Below, piece by piece: positions 40,200 through 49,401 of a stretch of DNA of 64,000 nt (its first letter is position 1; each line of letters opens with the position of its first letter). The notes beneath the pieces were generated by a model. That model did not search any database. It saw only the letters and a list, made by a program, of their open reading frames with translations, and was not told the origin of the DNA. Where the stretch lies: NCBI GenBank assembly GCA_016870515.1, contig VGBL01000005.1, positions 67,373 to 131,372 on the forward strand, given 5' to 3'. Source of the DNA: Actinomycetota bacterium. GTDB taxonomy: Bacteria; Actinomycetota; Actinomycetes; S36-B12. The position numbers were made by a program, and so were the translations under genes.

Positions 40200-41740
40200 G
40201 CGAGTGTCCTCTCTCCCAGGGCCTGGGCGGCCGCATCGACGTCTTCGCTGACCTCGCCCTCGTCGCTGCGCATCAGCCCTGCTGTGGTGACAAGCGTAAC
40301 GCCGGCGCCCTCATCGGCCACTCGGACCCACACCCGGCGCCGACGGATGAAAAGCGACATCATGAGGCCGAGTAGGGCCACCATGGCGCTGATGAGGGCG
40401 GGCTCCTTGCCCGGGTCGTGCGCGATCTGGAACGACGCCCAGCGCTCGAGGCCGACGAAGGCGATCGTGCCGTTGCCACCCGGGAGGTCCCACGACTGGC
40501 CGGGCCGCAGGGCCTCCAGGCCGAGCTGTGTCATACCTTCGGTCTTGAGCGCGTAGACGCTCTGCGGCACGCCGCTGTCGAGCCCTAGGTCGCCGGCCCA
40601 GGCCGAGAGGAAGACGGCCGGATCGTCAGGCGCGGGGAAGATCGAGTGCGGTCCGCGGACGTCGTCGACGGCCGCGGTCGGCAGGAAGAGACCCTGGAAC
40701 CCCAGCGATGGCGTGGCATCCGGTGACTTCAGGACACCCGTGGAGGTGAAGTTGCCGTCCTGAGGCAAGAACACGACCCCGTCCTGATGGACCACGCGAC
40801 CGAGCGCATCGCGCAGTTCGAGCACCGGCGCGTATCCGTGCCCCACGAGGAAGACCTTGGCTCCGTCGACACTGAAGGGCTCGTTGACCCGGACCATGAC
40901 AGCCTCTGTCGGCGCACCCGGCTCGGGGCGCACGGAGAGGTCGGCCTCGAACATTCGCGGGGCGCCGCGCTGTGCCGCAGACCGCTCGAAGTCGACGCGG
41001 AAGTCGTCGAGGGTGAAGGAAAACGGCGGGAGGTTGTCGGGGCTGACCAGGCGTCCCCCGCCCCAGGCGTCGTACTGGGTCAGCGTGTCGGAGAAGCCGG
41101 TGCCCTCGCGCACGATGACGTTGCCCCGCCAGCCGAAGAGCGCGCCGTAGGCGATCGATACCAGCAGCGCGATGAGCGCTGCGTGGAAGAGCAGGTTGCC
41201 GGTCTCGCGCAGGTAGCCCTTCTCCGCGGCGACCCAGCACGGACCGCGGTCGACGCGCCAGCGACGCGCGCGCAGGTCAGCCTCTGCCTTGTCGAGCACC
41301 TCGGCTTCGCGAGCACACGTGGTCCATGTGCGAAAGCCCGGCATGCGATCGAGGAAGCGGGGTGGTGGGGGCGGGGTTGCGCGCATGGCGCGCCAGTGGA
41401 TCCGGGTGCGCGGGATGACGCAGCCGATCACCGAGATGAAGAGCAGGAGGTAGATGGCGGCGAACCACGGCGCGGCGTAGACATCGAAGAAACCGAGTCG
41501 GTCGAGCAGCGGCCCCCACGTGGGATTGCCCTCGATCCAGTCGGTGACGCGGATGGGATCGAGCCCGCGCTGCGGCAGGACAGTGCCGGGAATCGAGGCG
41601 ATGGCCAGCAGGAAGAGCAGGATCAGGGCGATCCGCATGCTGGTGAGCTGCCGCCAGCACCAGCGCAGGAACCCAGCCGTGTCGAGCGGCGGTGGGCCGC
41701 CCGGCTCGCGCGCCGTGGGGGTTTCGAGGTCGATGCTCAT
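40196..41740 (-). CDS. resB: cytochrome c biogenesis protein ResB (Ccs1 family)
   Basis: 514 aa with N-terminal TMs (MRIALILLFLLAIASIPG), a large extracytoplasmic domain and a C-terminal TM. Conserved position between ccdA and ccsA. Confidence 0.88.
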   Translation of the reverse strand: MSIDLETPTAREPGGPPPLDTAGFLRWCWRQLTSMRIALILLFLLAIASIPGTVLPQRGLDPIRVTDWIEGNPTWGPLLDRLGFFDVYAAPWFAAIYLLLFISVIGCVIPRTRIHWRAMRATPPPPPRFLDRMPGFRTWTTCAREAEVLDKAEADLRARRWRVDRGPCWVAAEKGYLRETGNLLFHAALIALLVSIAYGALFGWRGNVIVREGTGFSDTLTQYDAWGGGRLVSPDNLPPFSFTLDDFRVDFERSAAQRGAPRMFEADLSVRPEPGAPTEAVMVRVNEPFSVDGAKVFLVGHGYAPVLELRDALGRVVHQDGVVFLPQDGNFTSTGVLKSPDATPSLGFQGLFLPTAAVDDVRGPHSIFPAPDDPAVFLSAWAGDLGLDSGVPQSVYALKTEGMTQLGLEALRPGQSWDLPGGNGTIAFVGLERWASFQIAHDPGKEPALISAMVALLGLMMSLFIRRRRVWVRVADEGAGVTLVTTAGLMRSDEGEVSEDVDAAAQALGERTLA

Positions 41741-41794
41741 GGCGCTACCAGTCTGCCGGACATTCGTGCCGCCGCTACCCGGATGTCGGCCAGG

Positions 41795-42547
41795 TCACAG
41801 CGGGGTCTCGAAGCCCGGCGCGAGCGTGCGCATCCAGACGGTCACATCGCTCCAGACACCGGTGACGAGGAGTACGCCGATCACCACCAGCATGCCTCCG
41901 CCAATTCGCATGATCAGGGCGTAGTGCTCGCGAACCCACGACAGGGTCCCCGCGGCGTAGCGGAAGGCCAGCCCCAGCAGGACGAACGGCAGGCCCAGGC
42001 CCAAGCAGTAGACGAACGACAGGATCGCGCCTCGTGCTGCGCTGGCCTCAGAGAAGGCTAGCGTCTGCACGACGGTCAGGGTCGGCCCGATACATGGCGT
42101 CCAGCCGAGGCCGAAGAGTATGCCGAGGATCGGTGCTCCCCAGAGGCTGTAGGACGGGATCCGGTGCATGCGCCACTCGCGCTGCAGGCCGGGGATGAGT
42201 CCCATGAAGGCCAGCCCCATCACGATGACGACGACACCGAGGACGCGCATGATGACGTCCTGGTACTGCAGGAGAAGGGAGCCGAGGCCGCCGAAGAGAA
42301 GGCCGTACGACACGAAGACGATCGAGAAGCCCAGGACAAACAGCAGGCTCCCGACGAACACGCGGCTGCGACGTCCGGCGCCGCCCTCGGCGATCTCCGC
42401 GCCCGTCAGGCCCGTGACATACGACAGGTAGCCGGGAGCCAGTGGCAGCACGCACGGGCTCAGGAACGACAGCACGCCGGCCGCAAAGGCGATGAGGGCC
42501 GCGAGCAGCAGCCCGCCGCTCGCAACCGTCTGGGCCACGTCGCTCAC
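41795..42547 (-). CDS. ccdA: cytochrome c biogenesis thiol-disulfide transporter CcdA (DsbD family)
   Basis: Six-TM protein with conserved Cys in LSPCVLPL and WTPCIGP. GTGA overlap with the upstream thioredoxin gene. Confidence 0.9.
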   Translation of the reverse strand: MSDVAQTVASGGLLLAALIAFAAGVLSFLSPCVLPLAPGYLSYVTGLTGAEIAEGGAGRRSRVFVGSLLFVLGFSIVFVSYGLLFGGLGSLLLQYQDVIMRVLGVVVIVMGLAFMGLIPGLQREWRMHRIPSYSLWGAPILGILFGLGWTPCIGPTLTVVQTLAFSEASAARGAILSFVYCLGLGLPFVLLGLAFRYAAGTLSWVREHYALIMRIGGGMLVVIGVLLVTGVWSDVTVWMRTLAPGFETPL

Positions 42548-43137
42548 AACGATGTCGGCGATGCGGAGGCGGGGATCAGGGGCTCGATGAGCCCACGCAG
42601 CGTCGACTCGCTGACGCGCCCGAGGATGCGGCCTGCCACGCGACCCTCGGGATCGATCACCAGGGTCGACGGAATCGCCTGCGGTGGAAGGCTGTCACCG
42701 AAGAGCAGCTGCAACTGCCCGTCGACATCGATGACATTGGGGTAGGTGATGCCGTAGTTGTCGATGAACGCCTGTGCCGCTGAGACCGTGTCGCGCGTAT
42801 CGAGTCCGACGAACTGGACTCCCTCGCCGCGCAGGTCGGTCCAGGCGGCCTCCAGGACCGGTGCCTCGGCACGGCAGGGTGCGCACCACGACGCCCAGAC
42901 GTTGAGCACAACGACCTCGCCGAGGTGGTCGGCCAGCCGGAAGCTGCCTCCATCGAGCGTCTCTCCCGCGAGATCAGGTGCCACGACCCGATCCTCGGCA
43001 GCCAGCAGGACGATCGATCCATCACCCGCCACGAAGCCGGTACCGGGATCCGCCTCGGCTGCGCCGCCGCAACCAGCCAGGGTGGCGGCCAGCACAACGG
43101 TCGCCAGGGCCGAGGGCAGCAGGCGCATACGGTTCAT
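42544..43137 (-). CDS. TlpA/ResA-like thiol-disulfide oxidoreductase lipoprotein
   Basis: Lipobox LAGC and thioredoxin motif WASWCAPC. Start ATG 43137 (alternatives GTG 43143 and ATG 43128). The track start 43173 would overlap the upstream gene. Confidence 0.85.
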   Translation of the reverse strand: MNRMRLLPSALATVVLAATLAGCGGAAEADPGTGFVAGDGSIVLLAAEDRVVAPDLAGETLDGGSFRLADHLGEVVVLNVWASWCAPCRAEAPVLEAAWTDLRGEGVQFVGLDTRDTVSAAQAFIDNYGITYPNVIDVDGQLQLLFGDSLPPQAIPSTLVIDPEGRVAGRILGRVSESTLRGLIEPLIPASASPTSL

Positions 43138-43150
43138 GTTCACACGACGC

Positions 43151-43792
43151 TCAGGCGCCGCAACCCTTGGCACCTGGCAGCAGGTCAGCGGCGGGCTCGG
43201 CGTATTCGATGGCAGCGAGTCGATCGCCCTCGAAGTGCAGCGAGGTCAGCGACGCCAGCGAGCACTCGCGGCGACGGGGGTCATGCCACAGGCGCAGATT
43301 CTCCGCCTTCAGCCGCGCGATCCAGATAGGCAGCTGATGACTGATGATGACCGCCTCGTGGCCGCGCGCCTCATCGCGCGCGGTCCGCACGGCCGCGTGC
43401 ATGCGAGATGCGAGGTCGTCATAGGGCTCCCCCCACGACGGCGTAAACGGGTTCCACAGGTACCGCCACGCCTTGGGCTGCCTCAGGACTCCGTCGCCGA
43501 CTCCCACGCGTTGGCCCTCGAAGACGTTGTCGGCCTCGACCACCCGCGCATCGGTCGTAATCGACAGGCCGTGTGCTGCGGCTATCGGGCCGGCGGTCTC
43601 CTGGGCGCGCTCGAGCGGCGACGACGCGATGTAGGTGACGTCGCGATCGCGCATGGCGTCCGCAACTCGCCGGGCCATCCTTTGGCCGCGCTCGGAGAGG
43701 TGGTAGCCGGGCAGGCGCCCGTAGAGCACGCCCTCGGGGTTGTACACCTCGCCGTGACGCAGCAGGTGCACAACGGTCGGGTCGTCGGCCAT
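43151..43792 (-). CDS. histidine phosphatase family protein
   Basis: Catalytic motif LLRHGE near the N-terminus and a conserved SHQLPI histidine region. Confidence 0.85.
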   Translation of the reverse strand: MADDPTVVHLLRHGEVYNPEGVLYGRLPGYHLSERGQRMARRVADAMRDRDVTYIASSPLERAQETAGPIAAAHGLSITTDARVVEADNVFEGQRVGVGDGVLRQPKAWRYLWNPFTPSWGEPYDDLASRMHAAVRTARDEARGHEAVIISHQLPIWIARLKAENLRLWHDPRRRECSLASLTSLHFEGDRLAAIEYAEPAADLLPGAKGCGA

Positions 43793-43797
43793 GCCGC

Positions 43798-45399
43798 TTA
43801 GGTGGCCTTGCGGCGGGCAGCAGCGCGTCGACGGCTCGGCCGCCAGGTGCCCTCACCGCTCTCTTCGGCCGCCTGGCGCAACTCGTCGCCGTGTGCGGCG
43901 AGGGCGTCGACGAGCGCCATGTGAGTGGGCTCTTCGGCGAGTACGTCGACCCGCAGCCCGTGCTCCTCGGCCGACTTGGCGGTCTGCGGTCCGATGCAGG
44001 CGACCACCGTGGTGGTGTGCGGCTTGCCGGCAATGCCGACAAGGTTGCGAACGGTGCTGCTCGACGTGAAGAGAACCGCGTCAAAGCCACCGGACTTGAT
44101 GGCCTCGCGCGTCTCTGCGGCCGGCGGCGCGGCACGGACCGTGCGGTAGGCCGTGACGTCTTCCACCTCCCAACCGAGCTCGGCCAGGCCGGCCGCGAGG
44201 GTCTCGGTCGCGATGTCGGCACGCGGCAAGAACACGCGGTTGATGGGATCGATGAGCTCGTCGTAGGAGGGCCACTCCTCAAGGAGGGCCTGCGTCGACT
44301 GCTCGCCTTCGGGCACGAGGTCGGGCTTCACGCCGAACTGGACGAGCGACTCCGCAGTGTCGTGGCCCACGGCGGCGACCTTCAAGCCAGCGAAGGAACG
44401 CGCGTCGAGGCCGTATTCCTCGAGCTTCTCGCGAACGGCGCGCACCGCGTTGACGCTGGTGAAGCCGACCCACTCGAAGCGGCCGGAGACCAGGCCGTGG
44501 ACAGCCCGATCCATCTGCTGCGGCGTACGCGGAGGCTCGACCGAGATGGTCGGCACCTCGACCGGGATGGCACCGAGCCGCACGAGCCGGTCGAGCAGGG
44601 AGTCGGAGCGGTCCTGCGTGCGCGGCACGAGAACCCGCCAGCCGAAGAGCGGCTTGATCTCGAACCACGACAGGCGATCGCGCTGGGTGACCACATCGCC
44701 GATCACCAGCAGGCCGGGGCCGGCCTGCTTCGCGGTCTTGGCGATCACCGCGATGTCGTCGAGGGTGGCGACGATGGACCGCTGCTCCACCGTGGTGCCG
44801 CCCCGGGTGACGACCAGGGGCGTCTCGGGGGCGCGGCCGGCCGCCAGCAGTGACTTGGCGATCGTGGGTGCCGCATCGGCTCCGTCGAGCACGATGACGG
44901 TGACTCGGTCGCGTGCCAGCGGCGTCCAGTCGATGTCGGGATCGGCGGCGCTCACGATGTGCACCTCGCGACTGCGGCGTCCGGTGAGACCGAAGCCCGC
45001 ATAGGCGGGAATGCCGGTCGAAATGCTCACACCGGGAGCAACCTCAAAGGCGACCTTCGCCTTGCGCAGGGCCGCGGCCTCGACGGCCAAGGACCCATCG
45101 AGCAGCGGATCACCACTGAGCAACCGCACGGTGTGCAGGCCCTCTCGAGCCGCACCGACCACGAGCTTGGCGCGGCCGGCGTGATCGAGGGGAAGCCCCT
45201 TGACGTCGACCGCGGCGATGAGTCGAGCCTCGGGGCTCACGAACTCCTGCGCCAGCGTCATGGCATCGACGTCGGCGATGACCACGTCGGCCGAGCGCAG
45301 GAGCGCAGCGGCCCGCATGGTCACGAGCTCGGGATCGCCGGGCCCGCCTGCGACAAACGCGACGGGGCCGGTCTTCTTCCTGGTGCGTGTGGTGCTCAC
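43798..45399 (-). CDS. bifunctional uroporphyrinogen-III C-methyltransferase / uroporphyrinogen-III synthase
   Basis: N-terminal tetrapyrrole methylase (VAGGPGDPELVT) fused to a HemD-like C-terminal half. GTG 45399 has AAGGAAG upstream. The track N-terminal extension was rejected. Confidence 0.85.
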   Translation of the reverse strand: MSTTRTRKKTGPVAFVAGGPGDPELVTMRAAALLRSADVVIADVDAMTLAQEFVSPEARLIAAVDVKGLPLDHAGRAKLVVGAAREGLHTVRLLSGDPLLDGSLAVEAAALRKAKVAFEVAPGVSISTGIPAYAGFGLTGRRSREVHIVSAADPDIDWTPLARDRVTVIVLDGADAAPTIAKSLLAAGRAPETPLVVTRGGTTVEQRSIVATLDDIAVIAKTAKQAGPGLLVIGDVVTQRDRLSWFEIKPLFGWRVLVPRTQDRSDSLLDRLVRLGAIPVEVPTISVEPPRTPQQMDRAVHGLVSGRFEWVGFTSVNAVRAVREKLEEYGLDARSFAGLKVAAVGHDTAESLVQFGVKPDLVPEGEQSTQALLEEWPSYDELIDPINRVFLPRADIATETLAAGLAELGWEVEDVTAYRTVRAAPPAAETREAIKSGGFDAVLFTSSSTVRNLVGIAGKPHTTTVVACIGPQTAKSAEEHGLRVDVLAEEPTHMALVDALAAHGDELRQAAEESGEGTWRPSRRRAAARRKAT

Positions 45400-45449
45400 G
45401 GGGTGGACTTCCTTGCCTAGTGGTTTGGCGGGTGGACTGGGGTGGGCCG

Positions 45450-46148
45450 CTATGCGCTGACGGCTCCTGGTTGCCACGGTGACGTCGGGCTGTGGCGCCG
45501 TTCTCGAAAGGCAAGGATCTGCAACTCGACGCCCACGTCGATACGGCGTACCTCGACGCCCTGCGGGACGCGCAGCACGCCCGGGGCGAAGGTCAGGATG
45601 CTGCGTATGCCGGCGGCGACGAGGCGATCGCACACCGACTGGGCGGCGCTACCGGGAGTCGCGATGACACCGATCTGGGCCTGCCGAGCGGCCTCGCCCA
45701 GATCGGCGAGCGGCCGGATGCGCACCGAGATATCGCCGCAGGCGACTGACTCGCCCACGCGCGAAAGATCGATGTCGATCAGGCCGACGATGCGGAATCC
45801 ACGACCGGCGAGCCCGTTGTAGGAAGCAACGGCCTGCCCGAGGTTGCCGATGCCGACGACGATGACATCGAGGGGACGCATGACACCCAGCCAGTCGGCG
45901 ATGCACCCGTGGAGGTAGACGACGTCGTAGCCCACGCCGCGGGTGCCGAAGGAACCGAGGAAGGAAAGGTCCTTGCGGAGCTTGGCGGCGGTGACGCCAC
46001 TGCGCTCGGCCAGGTCGGTCGAGGACACGGTACGAATGCTCTGCTCGGCCAGGCCGGTGAGGACCTGGAGGTAGACCGGGAGTCGCTCGAGGGTCGCCGT
46101 GGGGACGTCGTCGACACGGTCGGGGCGCCCGGGGGGAAGGAGTGGCAC
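45450..46148 (-). CDS. rex: redox-sensing transcriptional repressor Rex
   Basis: Winged-helix N-terminus (TLERLPVYLQVL..., KLRKDLSFLGSFGTRGVGY) and Rossmann motif VVGIGNLG. Confidence 0.92.
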   Translation of the reverse strand: MPLLPPGRPDRVDDVPTATLERLPVYLQVLTGLAEQSIRTVSSTDLAERSGVTAAKLRKDLSFLGSFGTRGVGYDVVYLHGCIADWLGVMRPLDVIVVGIGNLGQAVASYNGLAGRGFRIVGLIDIDLSRVGESVACGDISVRIRPLADLGEAARQAQIGVIATPGSAAQSVCDRLVAAGIRSILTFAPGVLRVPQGVEVRRIDVGVELQILAFRERRHSPTSPWQPGAVSA

Positions 46149-46190
46149 GGCGGCACCTCACTGAAAGGGTTGGCCCCTCAGGGTACGGGC

Positions 46191-46209
46191 TTGTGAAGCG
46201 GTGAAACAA
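46191..46209. promoter_or_regulatory. possible degenerate Rex operator upstream of rex
   Basis: TTGTGAAGCGGTGAAACAA has one perfect TTGTGAA half-site. The second half, TGAAACAA, only partly matches TTCACAA and the spacing is off by one. It overlaps a small CTAGCG/CGCTAG hairpin and a T-rich tract that may instead be a terminator. Confidence 0.25.
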
Positions 46210-46226
46210 AGTCTAGCGGACGCTAG

Positions 46227-46460
46227 TCACCGATTATCGGTCGCCAGGGCGGCGCGCAGGCGCGCCGCGTCCACCCGCCAGAAGTCGTGCTCGACGCCGT
46301 CCACGAGGGTGACCGGGATCTTCTCCCAGTAGCGGTCGGCCAAGTCGGGGTCGTCGAGGATAGAGACCTCTACCCAGTCGACCCCCTGGTCGGCGCACAC
46401 GGCTGCGATGACCTCACGGGCCTCGTCGCACAGGTGGCAGCCGGGCTTGCCGACTAGCAT
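46227..46460 (-). CDS. glutaredoxin-like small redox protein
   Basis: MLVGKPGCHLCDEA... carries a CxxC in a thioredoxin-fold context. Only the last 77 codons of track ORF 46227..47264 are credible. Alternative GTG at 46478. Confidence 0.7.
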   Translation of the reverse strand: MLVGKPGCHLCDEAREVIAAVCADQGVDWVEVSILDDPDLADRYWEKIPVTLVDGVEHDFWRVDAARLRAALATDNR

Positions 46461-46529
46461 CACCCGGGCCTCGCGCACCCCCCGAGTCTGCCGGAGCCAG
46501 GGTTGCTGCAGGCGGTCTACCCTGGCGGC

Positions 46530-47402
46530 ATGTCGCGTCGCACGACGGCCGTGCTGCCCTCCTACCGCATTGCCGGGGAGGCATCGGCTGCCGCTGCCGA
46601 TGTCGAGGCCGTCCTGTCGATCCCGTCGGATCCGACGGCCGCCGCCTTCTTCGACGTCGACAACACCGTGTTGAAGGGGGCCAGCCTCTTCCACTTTGCC
46701 GTGGGGCTTGCCCGCCGCAAGTTCTTCTCGCTCCCTCAGATCGCTGCCTTTGGGCGCAAGCAGGCGAGGTTCGTCGTGAGCGGCTCCGAGGACCTCGAGG
46801 ACATGGCATCGGCGACCGAGGCCGCGCTGTCGTTCGTCGAGGGCCGACGCGTGACCGAGCTCGTCGACCTCGGCGAGGAGATCTTCGCCGACGAGATGGG
46901 CGACAAGCTGATCCCCGGCGCCCTCGCCCTGGCCCAGGGCCACCTGGACTCCGGGCAGCGGGTCTGGCTCGTGACCGCCACCCCGGTCGAGCTCGCGACC
47001 ATCATCGCCAAGAACCTCGGCCTGACCGGGGCACTGGGCACGGTGGCCGAGGTCCGCGACGGCGTCTACACCGGCCGCCTGGTGGGCGCGCCCCTGCACG
47101 GCGTGGCCAAGGCCGAGGCCGTGCGCGCCATCGCTGAGCGCGAGGGGCTCGACCTCAGCCGCTGCTCGGCGTACTCCGACTCGTCCAACGACATCCCGAT
47201 GCTCTCTCTCGTGGGCAATCCCGTGGCGGTGAACCCCGACTCCACCCTGCGCCAGCATGCGCACGAGAACGACTGGCCGATCCGCGACTACCGACGACGC
47301 GCGAAGGTGCGCGAGGCCGCCATGCCGGTCGTCGTCGGCGGGGTCGGAATCGCCGTGGGCATGGCGGCTGGCTACGCCGCGGGCCGCACCCTGCGCCGCT
47401 AG
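46530..47402 (+). CDS. HAD-IB family hydrolase (SerB-like)
   Basis: Motif I FFDVDNT, motif II TATP and motif IV SDSSNDIPML, with a C-terminal TM. ATG 46530. Confidence 0.85.
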   Translation: MSRRTTAVLPSYRIAGEASAAAADVEAVLSIPSDPTAAAFFDVDNTVLKGASLFHFAVGLARRKFFSLPQIAAFGRKQARFVVSGSEDLEDMASATEAALSFVEGRRVTELVDLGEEIFADEMGDKLIPGALALAQGHLDSGQRVWLVTATPVELATIIAKNLGLTGALGTVAEVRDGVYTGRLVGAPLHGVAKAEAVRAIAEREGLDLSRCSAYSDSSNDIPMLSLVGNPVAVNPDSTLRQHAHENDWPIRDYRRRAKVREAAMPVVVGGVGIAVGMAAGYAAGRTLRR

Positions 47403-48307
47403 AAGAAGACGCCTTCGCGCTCGACCAGCAGCCGGTAGAGCGACTGTTGGATGTTTTCGCGCACGCGGTCGGCGAGTTCGAGCACGAGCATCGGGTCGTC
47501 GGCGGCCGACTCCGGCATCTCATCGGTGTGGATGGGACCGCCGAAGGCGATGATCCACTTGCTGGGCAGCGGGATCATGCCGAGAGGGCCGAGCCACGGA
47601 AACGTCGGCGTCACCGGGAAGTAGGGCAGCCCGAGCAGCCGGGCGATCGGCGGCAGGCTGCCGATCATGGGGTAGATCTCCTCGGCGCCCACGATCGCGG
47701 TGGGGATGATCGGCACGCGGGTGCGCAGCGCGGCCGCGACGAATCCACCGCGACCAAAGCGCTGCAGCTTGTAGCGCTCGCTGAAGGGCTTGCCTACGCC
47801 CTTGAAGCCCTCGGGCCACACGCCAACGAGCTCACCGGACGACAGCAGCCGTTCCGCGTCGGGCATGCATGCGAGAGTGTGCCCCGCCTTGCGTGCCAGC
47901 TCGCCGAGGAACGGCGTCTGGAAGACCAGGTCGGCGCCGAGCATGCGCAGGTGTCGGTGCGCCGGGTGATGATCGAGCAGCGCGAGTTGAGTCATCACCG
48001 AGTCGATGGCGATCGTGCCGGAGTGGTTGGCTACGACGAGGGCGCCGCCCTCGGACGGCACGTTGTCAATGCCGCGCAACTGAACGCGGAACCACCGCTC
48101 GTAGAGCGGCCGAAGCGGGGCGAGCAGGAACTCGTCGGTGAACTGCGGATCGAAGCCGAACTCGTCGACCTCGAAGTCACCGGTCAGGCGACGGCGAAGG
48201 AAGTCGATGACGCCGTGCAGGCGACCGGTGGTCGCGGCTTCAGGCGCGGGGCGCGGGCCGGGCGGGCGTCGCGGACCGTCGAGCGGGATGACCTGGGCCT
48301 CAGGCAC
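47399..48307 (-). CDS. lysophospholipid (1-acyl-glycerol-3-phosphate) acyltransferase family protein
   Basis: PlsC-type block VVANHSG...D and the later FPEG-like WPEGFKG. Starts at GTG 48307. Confidence 0.8.
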   Translation of the reverse strand: MPEAQVIPLDGPRRPPGPRPAPEAATTGRLHGVIDFLRRRLTGDFEVDEFGFDPQFTDEFLLAPLRPLYERWFRVQLRGIDNVPSEGGALVVANHSGTIAIDSVMTQLALLDHHPAHRHLRMLGADLVFQTPFLGELARKAGHTLACMPDAERLLSSGELVGVWPEGFKGVGKPFSERYKLQRFGRGGFVAAALRTRVPIIPTAIVGAEEIYPMIGSLPPIARLLGLPYFPVTPTFPWLGPLGMIPLPSKWIIAFGGPIHTDEMPESAADDPMLVLELADRVRENIQQSLYRLLVEREGVFF

Positions 48308-49376
48308 GGCGCACCTCCGAGCGCGAGCTACCCCAATCGACCGCCGACGACGCGAGCCTCTGGGCGGCGGCGGCGGCCTGGAAGACGGCGGACTCGGTGG
48401 CTTCGACGACCCGCGAGGTGAAGCCCTCGCGAAGCCCGTGTCCGCGGACGAAGTCGTCGAATGCGCGTGCGGTCGTGTAGCGCGGGATGAACCCCAGCAC
48501 GTGTGCCGCTCGTCCGGTGTCGATCCCGCGACCGTAGGTCAAGAAGCGCACCTGGTCGGGGCTGAAGTCAGCCAAGCGCGATCCGAGGCTGCGTCCGGCG
48601 AATCCCAGCAGCGGGCGCGGGACCTCGAGCCACGGTCGCCCGGCCCGCCGGATGGCCTGCGAGAGCGTGATGATCCCTTCGCCGGCCACGTTGAAGACGC
48701 CGGTGGCCTCGCTGGCAGCGGCCACCCGCAGCGCCTCGATGCCATCGTCCTCGTGGACGAACTGCAGGCGAGCGTCGTAACCCATGACCGTGGGGACGAC
48801 GGGGAGCGAGAAGTAGGAGGTCATCGCGGTCTGTATGCGCGGGCCGATGAAGTTCGCGAGCCTGAGGATGGTGACGTCGACATCAGGACGGCGACGCCCG
48901 AAGCCGCGGACGTAGCCCTCGACCTCGACCAAGTCCTTGGCCCATCCCGAAGTCGGCGGATGCTTCGGTGCCATACCCTCGGTGAACAGGGCGGGGTCGC
49001 GAGGCCCGGCGCCATAGACGGACGTCGTGGACTTCACCACCAGTCGACGGACGGTCTCGGACTTCTGGCAGGCGGCCAGCAACTGCATCGTGCCGATGAC
49101 GTTGATCTCCTTCATCGCCGCCCGGCCCCCGGCCTGGACCGGCGTGGCGATGACGCCCATGTGGACGACGGTGTCGACGTCGGCAGACCGGATGATCTTG
49201 CCGATTACGGGATTGCGAATGTCGGCCCGGATGAACTCGGCCTCACCCAGGACCTTGCGAGGGGGGACGACGTCGACCCCGATAACCCGCTCGACGAACG
49301 GATCCTTTGCCAGGGCCCGGGTCATCTGACCGCCCAGGTGTCGGGCGGCACCGGTGACGAGCACGACCCTGGCCAT
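48300..49376 (-). CDS. NAD-dependent epimerase/dehydratase family protein
   Basis: N-terminal Rossmann motif VLVTGAARHLGG, extended SDR layout, 358 aa. Confidence 0.85.
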   Translation of the reverse strand: MARVVLVTGAARHLGGQMTRALAKDPFVERVIGVDVVPPRKVLGEAEFIRADIRNPVIGKIIRSADVDTVVHMGVIATPVQAGGRAAMKEINVIGTMQLLAACQKSETVRRLVVKSTTSVYGAGPRDPALFTEGMAPKHPPTSGWAKDLVEVEGYVRGFGRRRPDVDVTILRLANFIGPRIQTAMTSYFSLPVVPTVMGYDARLQFVHEDDGIEALRVAAASEATGVFNVAGEGIITLSQAIRRAGRPWLEVPRPLLGFAGRSLGSRLADFSPDQVRFLTYGRGIDTGRAAHVLGFIPRYTTARAFDDFVRGHGLREGFTSRVVEATESAVFQAAAAAQRLASSAVDWGSSRSEVRRA

Positions 49377-49401
49377 GCGGACTCCCTGGTGCCCCGGTGC
49401 G

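Noticed and set aside
43798-45633. 78-codon N-terminal extension of the cobA/hemD ORF (track start 45633), and similar upstream extensions of nuoG, nuoH, nuoI, nuoJ, nuoK, nuoE, menG, TetR and the ATPase
   Set aside because: The extensions are Arg/Pro-rich, overlap the preceding gene, and lack similarity to the respective families. Internal starts have SD sequences or ATGA/GTGA stop-start overlaps and give conserved N-termini.
46461-47264. N-terminal 268 codons of track ORF 46227..47264
   Set aside because: This part is antisense to the well-supported HAD-IB hydrolase gene. Only the last 77 codons, with the CHLC glutaredoxin-like motif and its own GAGG SD, are credible.
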